DNA of 64,000 nucleotides from Candidatus Woesearchaeota archaeon (GTDB lineage Archaea; Nanobdellota; Nanobdellia; SCGC-AAA011-G17; CAYUTI01): NCBI GenBank assembly GCA_964447685.1, contig CAYUTI010000003.1, positions 7,026 to 71,025 of the forward strand, read 5' to 3'. Shown piece by piece: positions 37,224 to 46,232 of this stretch (position 1 is its first letter; each line of letters starts with the position of its first letter). The notes under the pieces were generated by a model. It saw only the letters and a program-made list of their open reading frames with translations, ran no database searches and was not told where the DNA came from. The position numbers and the translations under genes were made by a program.

Positions 37224-37967
37224 TTATAATTTAAGATCATCTATCATTTCATCTAATGCATAATTTACTTTACAACCAATGTAATCAAAGAAGTTTCTTT
37301 GTCTTTTTGTATCTTGATCCCTATCTCCTGCTAATGCATCTTCTAATAAATCGATATAAACAATTCTTTCTCCAGAGGGTATTACAGCAGGAGGCAATTC
37401 ATGATCTTTTAATAGTTTATCTTGAAAAAGTCTAGCAGTTCTTTTATTTCCATCTTGGAAAGGTTGGATACCTGCAATTTTTAAATGCATATATGCTGCT
37501 AACTCTAAAGGATGTGCAGTAGAAGATTTAACTTCATATACTAATTTTTCTATAAGTTGATCTATTTTAATTGGATTTGGTGGTGTATATTCCCTAAGAC
37601 CTAATGTAACGCTTATTGATCTAAACCCAAAGTTTCCTGGTTCGATTTTGGTTCCTACGCTTAAAATTAGATTACGATCAATTTCTTCTTTTAGATGCTT
37701 GCCTGAAGAAATTAAATAACTCCAGGCCCTTTGAATATCTTTTAAACCCTCTTTTGCAATTCTTCTAACTTTTTTAGGATCTACATCATCACCTAATAAA
37801 GCCCTTCTTTGTTCAGGATACTCTAACCAGATAGAATATAAATCTCCTGTATTTTTTAATGCTTTTTTATAAGAATTTGCTCTTTTAAGATGATATCCAT
37901 CTAACTGACTCAATCTTTTTAATTTTAAATCTACTTCATTAGTAAGGGTGGTTGAAATTTTTGTCAT
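37224..37967 (-). CDS. Fic/Doc-family protein with a degenerate active-site motif
   Basis: AAYMHLKIAGIQPFQDGNKRTARLF aligns to the Fic/Doc motif HPFx(D/N)GN(G/K)R. It carries the Doc-like K but has Q in place of the catalytic H. Confidence 0.6.
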   Translation of the reverse strand: MTKISTTLTNEVDLKLKRLSQLDGYHLKRANSYKKALKNTGDLYSIWLEYPEQRRALLGDDVDPKKVRRIAKEGLKDIQRAWSYLISSGKHLKEEIDRNLILSVGTKIEPGNFGFRSISVTLGLREYTPPNPIKIDQLIEKLVYEVKSSTAHPLELAAYMHLKIAGIQPFQDGNKRTARLFQDKLLKDHELPPAVIPSGERIVYIDLLEDALAGDRDQDTKRQRNFFDYIGCKVNYALDEMIDDLKL

Positions 37968-38180
37968 TGTAATTTTTTGAGGAATTTTGTTATTTTTAAA
38001 GCTTTCTATTGTGTATTTACTCTCTGGTAGTGTTAGAAATATGGCTATTTTTCTTTTAATTTTTGATTAAAAGTTTTAAGCGGTAAAATTTAGTTTTATT
38101 AATCGGTTGTGCAATATTATTGTATTTACTATATATAGGTGGTACGATAAGTTTATATAGTTTTAAAACAAATTAATTTT

Positions 38181-38510
38181 ATGGTTGCTAAAAAAAGAGT
38201 TGGTAGTTTAATTGATATGAAAGGGTTTCTTAGTTTCTTTATATTACACGAATTAAGTAAGAAGAAGCTTTGTGGTGATGAATTAGCTCATTTGATTGGT
38301 AGTAAGAAGTATGGTAAACTAAGCCCTGGAACTATCTATCCTGCATTGAAAAAGTTACGTTTTAAGAAATTAGTTCAGTTTAGGTCAAGTGGTAGAAAAA
38401 AGGTATATTTTTTGAGTGCAAAAGGAAGGAAAGAGTTAAATTCTTGTTATGATGACTTTTCGAGAGTATGTTTTGGACTAAAAGGTAAGATTAAAAGATT
38501 TAAGCGTTGA
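38181..38510 (+). CDS. PadR-family winged-helix transcriptional regulator
   Basis: GFLSFFILHELSKKKLCGDELAHLI...SPGTIYPALKKL matches the PadR N-terminal wHTH. Confidence 0.6.
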   Translation: MVAKKRVGSLIDMKGFLSFFILHELSKKKLCGDELAHLIGSKKYGKLSPGTIYPALKKLRFKKLVQFRSSGRKKVYFLSAKGRKELNSCYDDFSRVCFGLKGKIKRFKR

Positions 38511-38520
38511 TTAAAATGTT

Positions 38521-39342
38521 TTATAGGGGAGATTTTACCTTTCTTAATTGTTTTTGACTGATGTGAGTGTATATTTTTGTTGTTTCTAAACTTTGATGTC
38601 CAAGTAATTGTTGTATGATAACTAGATTCTCTCCATTCTCTAAAAGGTGTGTAGCGAAGCTGTGCCTTAACGTATGAGGAGTTATTTTCTTATTTATTCC
38701 TGCTTTTTGAGCTGCTTCAGTAACCATTTTTTGAGCCATTCTTCTGCTAATATGGCCTTTTTTAACAGGGAATAAGTAAGGATTATTATCTTCTCTTTTA
38801 TTTATATAACCTTGAATATCTTCTACAGCATTAGGTGACAAGATAATGTGACGATCTTTATCCCCTTTACCAGATCTAATTGTTCCTGCTTGATTTTCAA
38901 GGTCTAAATCTTCTATTTTAAGACTAACAGCCTCGGATAGTCTTAACCCAGATCCATACATCATTTTTAAAAGAAGTTTATGTTTTATGTTTCTCGTTGA
39001 GCCTATAAGCTTTAAAACCTCTTCTTTAGATAATACAATGGGTATTTTTTTAGATTGTTTAGCTGTTTTTATTTTTTTAGATAGTTTTTTATCAAGTATT
39101 TCTTCATAAAGAAACCTTATACAGCAAAGAGCCAAATTAGTACTGGATGACTTTAATTCTTTATCTATTTTGAGATAACCTAAATATCGTTTAATATCTT
39201 CTTCAGTTATGTTTTTAGGTTCTTTCTTGATATAATCTAAGAATTGGGTTGTTTGAAAAATATAAGTCCTAATAGTTTGTTTACTAAATCCTCTTACCTT
39301 AAGTTCAGTTTCCAGGGGTTCTAAGGCCTTAGGAGTTTTCAT
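38521..39342 (-). CDS. XerC/XerD-like tyrosine recombinase, paralog of 14566-15342
   Basis: R (GLRLSEA), HTLRHSFATH, TKIYTHI. Shares IP(V/I)VLSKEEV and HxLRHSFATHLL strings with the other recombinase. Confidence 0.85.
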   Translation of the reverse strand: MKTPKALEPLETELKVRGFSKQTIRTYIFQTTQFLDYIKKEPKNITEEDIKRYLGYLKIDKELKSSSTNLALCCIRFLYEEILDKKLSKKIKTAKQSKKIPIVLSKEEVLKLIGSTRNIKHKLLLKMMYGSGLRLSEAVSLKIEDLDLENQAGTIRSGKGDKDRHIILSPNAVEDIQGYINKREDNNPYLFPVKKGHISRRMAQKMVTEAAQKAGINKKITPHTLRHSFATHLLENGENLVIIQQLLGHQSLETTKIYTHISQKQLRKVKSPL

Positions 39343-39850
39343 TTTTATTATTTTTACCTACGTAATTTGCAGGATGTATATTAGATGCATTATAACCTTT
39401 TTCTTTTAAATTCTTTTTTATTTCTTTATAAAAATTATAATTATGTATCATTTTATGACAATTAGGACATAAACCAATCAGATTAGAATTAGAAGTATTG
39501 TTATGATCTCCATCTAAATGGTGAATTTCTACTAATTTATCAAAACCACAAGAAACACATTTCTTTGTTAAACTTCTTAATTTTTCTAAAGAGATTCCAT
39601 GATATTTTCTTGCATTATACTCTTTAACCTTGTCATAATGATGTAACCTGCTGTGACATCCTGCACAAAGCCCAAATCCTCTATGTTCTCTTTTTCTTCC
39701 ACAGCTCTTACAAATAATTATTTTTCGTTTCCAAAGATATTTTTTATAACAACTATGGCAGTGACCTTTAGCATGAAGTTCGGTCTCTTTTTCACATTTT
39801 TTACAAATAATAATACTTTTTCCTCTCTTTTTTTGGTGCATATAATGCAT
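39329..39850 (-). CDS. HNH endonuclease with tandem zinc fingers
   Basis: Two CxxC...HxxGxCxxC repeats, then VEIHHLDGDHNN...LCPNCHKMIH (HNH). Overlaps the recombinase start by 14 nt. Confidence 0.75.
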   Translation of the reverse strand: MHYMHQKKRGKSIIICKKCEKETELHAKGHCHSCYKKYLWKRKIIICKSCGRKREHRGFGLCAGCHSRLHHYDKVKEYNARKYHGISLEKLRSLTKKCVSCGFDKLVEIHHLDGDHNNTSNSNLIGLCPNCHKMIHNYNFYKEIKKNLKEKGYNASNIHPANYVGKNNKNENS

Positions 39851-40017
39851 ATTATACGTACTTTTATTTAAAACTATCGATTATTGGGTGTTTTCATGGG
39901 TTTCAGATGGTCTAGATTAGGACTAAATGGATAATTTTGACAAGAATGCGGGGATTGGTATATTTTGTCTGAAAAGCAGGGGTTTTGAATGCAAATTCTG
40001 CATTTTGATGATTATGT

Positions 40018-40371
40018 CTACTTTTTATATGTACGTTTTCCAGCCCAATAAAAGAATCCAATGAATGCAGCTATGTAACTTCCAGCGGCCAGGGCTCTAC
40101 AATTTTCAAAATCTCTTTCTTGTAGTAGATACTCAGATTCTTTTTCATTAAAACCTTCTTCAGAAATAATTGATTGTAATTCTATCCTAAGGTTGTCAAA
40201 CCTTTCACTAGTTTTTGGATTCAATAGATCTTCTCTTGTGAGGGGCATAGTTTGTAGTTCTTGCTCTATTTCCCTTACCCTTACAACTTCTACAGGAGGA
40301 ATAGGCCTTGGGCTACAAGAGGGTAAACAAGTCATCAATGCTGTAAGTCCTAAAGCATGATATTTATTCAT
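40018..40371 (-). CDS. putative lipoprotein
   Basis: Signal peptide with LPSCS lipobox-like motif; C-terminal TM. Confidence 0.4.
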   Translation of the reverse strand: MNKYHALGLTALMTCLPSCSPRPIPPVEVVRVREIEQELQTMPLTREDLLNPKTSERFDNLRIELQSIISEEGFNEKESEYLLQERDFENCRALAAGSYIAAFIGFFYWAGKRTYKK

Positions 40372-40437
40372 GTTTTTATTATTGTCTTTGGGATTTATAA
40401 ACCTTTTGCTACTTTAGGATGATGATTATGTCTACTT

Positions 40438-40995
40438 TTATTCAAACCGGGTTTTGGAGAAAACTGCAAAGGAGATAGCTAAAACTGCAAAGACTACGCC
40501 CATTACAAAAAGAATTAACTGCCAATTAACTGATATACTTAATTGAGGTGAGAGAGCAGATGCACTTCTTGAGAGAGTTTGGTTAGAATAAACCCAGCTA
40601 ACGAGGGCCTGATTCCCAAACATAGCAGACCCTACCATCCACGTTCCAGAGAGTATTGCAAAAACCTGTGCAAGTATCTCTCCTTTTTTTATCTTAAACA
40701 TAGATTTTATTAGATTTTTAAAAGACTTAAAGGTTTCTATCTTCTCAGGCTTATTATCAAAAACAATAATGCTCAAAGATTTCTCAATTTCACCAATAAA
40801 ATAGATTATCATTCCTGCTGCAACCAAAAAACCTATAGCTGCGCTCACCCTGACATCTGTTCCAAAAAGATTAAGAGTCCACTCTACCGCAGTTCTTATC
40901 ATTTCTACAGCCAAAAGCATCAATGCAACCATGAGGGCAATTAAAACAGCTTCTTTATTTTCTTTTTTTTCAAAAAATTTTTTCTGTTTAAGCAT
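40438..40995 (-). CDS. hypothetical multi-pass membrane protein
   Basis: 4-5 predicted TM helices. Confidence 0.4.
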   Translation of the reverse strand: MLKQKKFFEKKENKEAVLIALMVALMLLAVEMIRTAVEWTLNLFGTDVRVSAAIGFLVAAGMIIYFIGEIEKSLSIIVFDNKPEKIETFKSFKNLIKSMFKIKKGEILAQVFAILSGTWMVGSAMFGNQALVSWVYSNQTLSRSASALSPQLSISVNWQLILFVMGVVFAVLAISFAVFSKTRFE

Positions 40996-41036
40996 ATCAA
41001 AGGAAAGGTCCTGAATATATTTAAATTTTCTGTAAC

Positions 41037-41552
41037 TTATTTTCTTGATTTTTTAAGCACAATAACACTTAAAATAAGAATCAAAATATAGAGAAAGAGG
41101 GTAAATTGGGTGAACCCTTCTGATTTAAGTAAATAAGAGTTACATTCTTTTCTCTTGTCCCGGATCTCCCTATTTATATCCATTACTTGATTATTTAAGT
41201 CTGCAATAGGATCCCACTGTTCCCTTTGTTTGGATCTATAATTCTTAAAGCTATTAAAATAGTTAGATTCGTCAGAATCATTAGCCATAATATGATTCAT
41301 TAATAAGTATTCTGTGGCTAAAACATGATAATAAGTCATATCACCATGAAGTCTTTCCCAGTTAACATAAGCATCACTTTTGGAATCATAAAGGTCAATT
41401 AGATCAGAATTACATTCATTAAATTTAGAGGAATAATAAGTGTCCAGTAAAAGAAGTAGGGCTGCAGCTGCAAAGACTACCCCTATTATGGCCATCAAAT
41501 AAGGTTTTCTCATAAGAATTAATATAACCTTAAAGATATTAAAGATTTCCAT
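41037..41552 (-). CDS. hypothetical membrane protein
   Basis: N- and C-terminal TM helices around a soluble domain. Confidence 0.4.
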   Translation of the reverse strand: MEIFNIFKVILILMRKPYLMAIIGVVFAAAALLLLLDTYYSSKFNECNSDLIDLYDSKSDAYVNWERLHGDMTYYHVLATEYLLMNHIMANDSDESNYFNSFKNYRSKQREQWDPIADLNNQVMDINREIRDKRKECNSYLLKSEGFTQFTLFLYILILILSVIVLKKSRK

Positions 41553-41651
41553 ACTAAAAAGTATACTTAATATACCATATCTTCACTTTTTTTATCAAAT
41601 TTTCATAAAAATTTATATAACTAATCTTTAATCAATGTTTAAAAGTTTTAA

Positions 41652-41963
41652 TCACTTATTTTCTTCTTTTTTTTCATTAAAATGATAGATTATAACAAGT
41701 GCTGCAACCATCACCGCAGTAATGACTATAGCTGTAATTAGATCCCCCCACAAAGATCCCTGAGGTAATCTGGTTTTTAGATAAAGTTCTACAACCTTGT
41801 TAATTAAGTCTTTCCAAGCTAAACCGATTATTAAACCTAATGCAGAAGAAATAGCTATCAGAACATGTTCTTTATATTTTTTAGTATACTTTTTAGTGGC
41901 TTGTTTAGTATAAACCATTAATTCATTCTGTTCATTTAATACATCTGATATCTTGTTTAGCAT
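41652..41963 (-). CDS. small membrane protein
   Basis: Two TM helices. Confidence 0.35.
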   Translation of the reverse strand: MLNKISDVLNEQNELMVYTKQATKKYTKKYKEHVLIAISSALGLIIGLAWKDLINKVVELYLKTRLPQGSLWGDLITAIVITAVMVAALVIIYHFNEKKEENK

Positions 41964-42002
41964 ATAATTATTATATTAAAGAGGGTTTATAAAACTTATG
42001 AG

Positions 42003-42563
42003 TTATTGTTCTTCTGATAATTCTTCTTGTTGTCTTACTTTAATCCGTAAATTTGAATAGAAGTGTTTGGGTAATTGTTCTTTACCTTTTTCTGTTAATC
42101 TCAAAGCTGTTTTCCTTCCCTTCCTTTGCTTTTCTAAAAGCCCGAGATTAGTAAGAATTGTTGTATAATTGGATAGCAAAGATCTAATGGTTTCATATTT
42201 CTTCTCAGGGTAGAATTCCTTAGCAATAGCCTGCAAGGTTACCCAATCTTTATTACTTATTTCTAATAAGGCTGCAGTACCTTTTAATAAATCAAATTGT
42301 AAATCAGTTAATGCTTCTCCTACCTCATTTCCTTCTTCAATATCTTCGATAGATTCTTCTTTAGAGATAGGCTTCTGAATACTACTTAATTTAGATTCCA
42401 ATAAAAAGAATTTTTCTTCTAATGCCTTCAATCTATCATGATGATCTTCGTGTTTATTATGAAGATGTTTAATATCCTCTTTGATATTTGAGAAAGAATT
42501 TTTAAGTGACAGATGAATCTGATCTATACCACCTTCTTTTTTTCTCTTTTTAAAAAACAACAT
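42003..42563 (-). CDS. coiled-coil + C-terminal winged-helix DNA-binding protein (His-rich segment)
   Basis: N-terminal coiled coil with HLHNKHEDHHDRL; C-terminal wHTH (LLSNYTTILTNLGLLEKQRKGRKTALRLTEKG). Confidence 0.5.
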   Translation of the reverse strand: MLFFKKRKKEGGIDQIHLSLKNSFSNIKEDIKHLHNKHEDHHDRLKALEEKFFLLESKLSSIQKPISKEESIEDIEEGNEVGEALTDLQFDLLKGTAALLEISNKDWVTLQAIAKEFYPEKKYETIRSLLSNYTTILTNLGLLEKQRKGRKTALRLTEKGKEQLPKHFYSNLRIKVRQQEELSEEQ

Positions 42564-42605
42564 AAAGTTTGAATGATGTGATTATTTAAATAACTTTCGA
42601 ATATG

Positions 42606-42757
42606 TTAAGTGAATGTTTATGATGGTTTAGTGAACATTAATGTTACGTATGTGATGGTTCAGTGAATGTTATGTGATTGTTTAGTGATTGTTTAGTGAA
42701 GGTTATTTGACGGTTTTTAGAGTGTTTTTCAGTGTTTTTAGATTGTTTAGTGAAGGA
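42606..42757. repeat. array of ~6 GTT(T/C)AGTGA(A/T) repeats with roughly helical-turn spacing
   Basis: Copies at ~42606, 42626, 42657, 42679, 42690 and 42745. Spacings of 20, 31, 22, 11 and 55 bp are near multiples of 10.5-11. Confidence 0.6.
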
Positions 42758-42994
42758 GATAATGAAATATTGAGTGAGTATTAGAGTATTGTATAATTAT
42801 CATTAATACTTGGTATAAGAGAGTAATATTATTGAATGATTAAACTGGATTTCTTAGTAAATTTTAAGTAAAAAGTTATATTTGAGAGTTCGATAATTTG
42901 TTAAGGTATATATCTAAAGGAGAGTTATGTGAATAAGTGTTTAAATGAATGCATAAAAAGTCTAAAATAGGCTTATTTTTCAAAAAATGAGAGT

Positions 42995-43675
42995 TTAGAA
43001 GTCATGAGATAGCCTGGTTTGTTGAGGATCTGCTGATTTATAGTACAAATCTGAGAGTTTATCCTTGAGTTTTAGCTCCCTAAATTCATCAGAAACTGAG
43101 AGATAGACTATCTTATTATTATGTCGTTTTTTGAGGATGGGTACCCCTTTTTTCATTAAATTACTGATATAAGTTCTAATACACCCCTCTGAAAGCTCTA
43201 ATTTCTTAGCTATATCAATATAGGATACATTACCTATATCCTCTTCTAATTGGTAGATCGTTAAGAATACGAATAGTTCTTGTTTAGTGAGATTACCAAA
43301 AAGTTGGTTAATTTGGTTATTTATGCCCTTAAATGGCTCTTTAAGGGGTTCTGGAGCCTGTTTAGGTTGTTTGTTTAAGTGTATATCTGAATGCATATCT
43401 GAATGAATAAATGAATGAATATTTGCATAGACCCCTTGATTTCCTATGGAACTTGGTTTTGAAATAGGCTTTTCTAAGTTTTTTTCATCTAAAATAGCCC
43501 TTTTTTCCTCTATTTTAGCCAATAAAATATTAATAATGCTATTTTGCTTAATTATGAATTCCCTTTGTTCTTTTAATTCATTTTTAAGAAATAATATATC
43601 TCCTTTTATCTTAAGGAATGCTTTTTTGGCATTTTCTTCAAAAAGGGGGTCTTTTATAGGCATTTTTATGATCAA
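42995..43675 (-). CDS. coiled-coil + C-terminal winged-helix DNA-binding protein (His-rich segment), paralogous architecture to 42003-42563
   Basis: Coiled coil, HSFIHSDMHSDIHL, and wHTH LTKQELFVFLTIYQLEEDIGNVSYIDIAKKLELSEGCIRTYISNLMKKG. Confidence 0.5.
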   Translation of the reverse strand: MIIKMPIKDPLFEENAKKAFLKIKGDILFLKNELKEQREFIIKQNSIINILLAKIEEKRAILDEKNLEKPISKPSSIGNQGVYANIHSFIHSDMHSDIHLNKQPKQAPEPLKEPFKGINNQINQLFGNLTKQELFVFLTIYQLEEDIGNVSYIDIAKKLELSEGCIRTYISNLMKKGVPILKKRHNNKIVYLSVSDEFRELKLKDKLSDLYYKSADPQQTRLSHDF

Positions 43676-43683
43676 TAATAAGA

Positions 43684-43765
43684 ATGCTTAAATGTTTAAA
43701 TAATTTTATGTGTTTAAATGATATGTTTAAATGAATAATTAGTGTTTAGAATGTGTTTAAATGAA
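43684..43765. repeat. array of 5 TGTTTAAATGA-like repeats in the divergent promoter region
   Basis: tgtttaaat at 43692; tgtttaaatga at 43709, 43722 and 43753; tgtttagaatg at 43742. Confidence 0.6.
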
Positions 43766-43821
43766 TAAATATATCCTGTAGCACAATAACCTTTAAATAT
43801 GGAGAAGATATATCTAAGAAT

Positions 43822-44241
43822 ATGCCAATTGTAGGTTTTGAATTTGAAAAGATAATAGTTGAGAGAAAGGGTCCTATTGAAGGCCAGGTTAAATTAAAGA
43901 ATAATGTTTCTATTAAAACTGTTGAAAAGGAAAAAACCCCAATTGGGGATCTTATAAAGTTCAAATTTGAGTTTAACACAAGCTATGAACCTAAAATAGG
44001 TGAAATTGTTCTTGGTGGTAGTGTTGCTTATAAGGATGAAGATGCTAAATTAATCAAAATAATGGATGAATGGAAAAAGACCAAGAAGATACCTGATCAG
44101 TTAATGGTTAATTTGATTAATACAATTTTAATGAAATGTAATATTCGAGCTTTAGGATTATCACAAGAGATAAATTTGCCACCTCATTTAAACTTACCAA
44201 AAGTAACTCCTCAAACTAATGTAGAGAAGTATGTAAAATAA
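43822..44241 (+). CDS. hypothetical protein
   Basis: 139-aa ORF divergent from the wHTH gene. No family recognised. Confidence 0.4.
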   Translation: MPIVGFEFEKIIVERKGPIEGQVKLKNNVSIKTVEKEKTPIGDLIKFKFEFNTSYEPKIGEIVLGGSVAYKDEDAKLIKIMDEWKKTKKIPDQLMVNLINTILMKCNIRALGLSQEINLPPHLNLPKVTPQTNVEKYVK

Positions 44242-45918
44242 TTACATTTGTTCTAATGGTTCTATACCTAATAAATTGAGAGAATTGCCAATTACTTGTT
44301 GTGTAGCTTTAACTAAAGCTAAACGAGTTTGTTTAAGTTTTTCATCTGAATGGATAACTGGACAAGCATGATAGAATTCTGTAAATAGTCTTGCTAGAGT
44401 TGATGTATAATTTGCAATCAAGTTTGGTTTAAGTTGATTAGATGCTTGATCTACTATTGAAGAAAATAAGGATAACTGTTTTATTAGTTCTAATTCTGTG
44501 CATTCGGTTAGGAGATTGAAGTCTATATCTTTAGAATTCTGTTTTGTTTTAGCTAATATTGAAGAAGCACGAGCATAAGTATATTGAAGATAAGGTCCTG
44601 TATCTCCCTCAAAGGAAATTGCTTCTTCAGGATTATAAGTAATATCTTTGGTAGGATCAATTTTAAGTAATTGATATCTTAAAGCTCCTATCCCTATGGA
44701 CTTTGATCGATTTTCAATCTCTTTTGATGTTAAATTATCATATCTTTTTTCTACCTCTATCTTTGCTAGATTTGACATTTCTTGTAGAATATCATTTGCA
44801 TCTATTACAGTACCCTCTCTCGATTTCATTCTTCCTTCTGGAAGATATATCATACCATAACTTAAGTGATGAAGGTTTTTTGCCCACTTGAAACCCAATA
44901 ATTCTAGTATCTTGAATAACTGTTTAAAGTGTAAGTTTTGTTCTGAACCGACTACATAAATAGATCTATCAGGTTTGAAATCTTTTTGTTTTAAAGAAGC
45001 TAAATATATATCTTGAGTCATGTAGATAGTCGTCCCATCTGATCTTAGTAAAGTTTTATTTGGGAGGTTATACTTCTTTAGATTTATGTAAATGGATCCA
45101 GTTTCATCTTTTTCTACTTTATTTTCTTTTAATGCTTTAAGAATTATGTCTTTGCCTTTAGTATATAGATTACTTTCATAATACTCTTTATCTACTTTTA
45201 AGTTTAGTGTTTTAAAAGTTTGTTTGAAACCTTGATAAGCCCAGGAGTTCATCTGTTTCCATAGTTTCCTTGTAGCTTTATCTCCTTGTTCCCATTTCTG
45301 TAATAGGTCTTGGGCTTCTTCTTCTAGTTTTTCATCTGCTTTTTTATTAAATAAAACATAATAGTCCCCCACAAACTTATCAGGATTATCTTTAGGTGTT
45401 TTATTCTTTCCCCACTTCTTATATGCTAACATTGATTTACAAATATGAATTCCTCGATCATTCATGAGGTTTATTTGAGTAATTTTATTACCTTGATGCT
45501 TAAGAATATTTGCTACAGCTTGGCCTAAGAAGATATTTCTTAAATGACCTAAGTGTAATGGTTTGTTTGTGTTTGGTGAGGGGTATTCTATAATTATTTT
45601 TTTATTATTTTTTAAAGAACCATAAGACTCTTTTTCTTTTAGTATTTTAGATATTGTTTCTTTTGCTAGAAGTTGTTTGTTAATGAAGAAATTTAAATAA
45701 GGTCCAGTTGACTCTACCTTTTCAATAGATTTTGGTAAACTTATTTTAGATTTTAATTCTTCTGCAATTTGATTTGGTGATTTCTTTAAGGTCTTAGATA
45801 ATTGGAAACATGGAAATGCATAATCTCCTAATTTTGGATCTGGTGGTGTTTCTAATTGAATATCTTTAAGATTTGTTTGTTTTTTTAATAAAGTGATTAT
45901 TTCTTGTTCGAAGTGCAT
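44242..45918 (-). CDS. argS: arginyl-tRNA synthetase
   Basis: Class I core with HLGHLRN (HIGH-type) motif, ArgRS N-terminal add-on and DALR anticodon-binding tail. 558 aa. Confidence 0.9.
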   Translation of the reverse strand: MHFEQEIITLLKKQTNLKDIQLETPPDPKLGDYAFPCFQLSKTLKKSPNQIAEELKSKISLPKSIEKVESTGPYLNFFINKQLLAKETISKILKEKESYGSLKNNKKIIIEYPSPNTNKPLHLGHLRNIFLGQAVANILKHQGNKITQINLMNDRGIHICKSMLAYKKWGKNKTPKDNPDKFVGDYYVLFNKKADEKLEEEAQDLLQKWEQGDKATRKLWKQMNSWAYQGFKQTFKTLNLKVDKEYYESNLYTKGKDIILKALKENKVEKDETGSIYINLKKYNLPNKTLLRSDGTTIYMTQDIYLASLKQKDFKPDRSIYVVGSEQNLHFKQLFKILELLGFKWAKNLHHLSYGMIYLPEGRMKSREGTVIDANDILQEMSNLAKIEVEKRYDNLTSKEIENRSKSIGIGALRYQLLKIDPTKDITYNPEEAISFEGDTGPYLQYTYARASSILAKTKQNSKDIDFNLLTECTELELIKQLSLFSSIVDQASNQLKPNLIANYTSTLARLFTEFYHACPVIHSDEKLKQTRLALVKATQQVIGNSLNLLGIEPLEQM

Positions 45919-45971
45919 AAGTGAATAAGTGAATGAATAATTATATAAAGATTTGGATTATAGTTAAAATT

Positions 45972-46232
45972 ATGTCTAAGATAAGTAAAGAGAAAGAGAT
46001 TAAGATTAAAGAAGGAATACTTGGATTTATTTTTGAAAATTATCCTAAAATGTTTTATACTTATGAGATTGCTGAAGAGTTTATTAGAGATGATGAGTTT
46101 GTTCTTAGACTATTATCTGGCTTAGAAAAAGATAAGATTATCAAGAAAATGGAAGAAAGTTCAGGTGGTAAGATTAAACGTAAGTGGGGGATGAGTAAAG
46201 AGGTCTATTGTAAATATAAAGAACTTATTTGA
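45972..46232 (+). CDS. small winged-helix protein
   Basis: ~86 aa from ATG 45972; HTH-like [29 protein letters not shown]. Confidence 0.4.
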   Translation: MSKISKEKEIKIKEGILGFIFENYPKMFYTYEIAEEFIRDDEFVLRLLSGLEKDKIIKKMEESSGGKIKRKWGMSKEVYCKYKELI

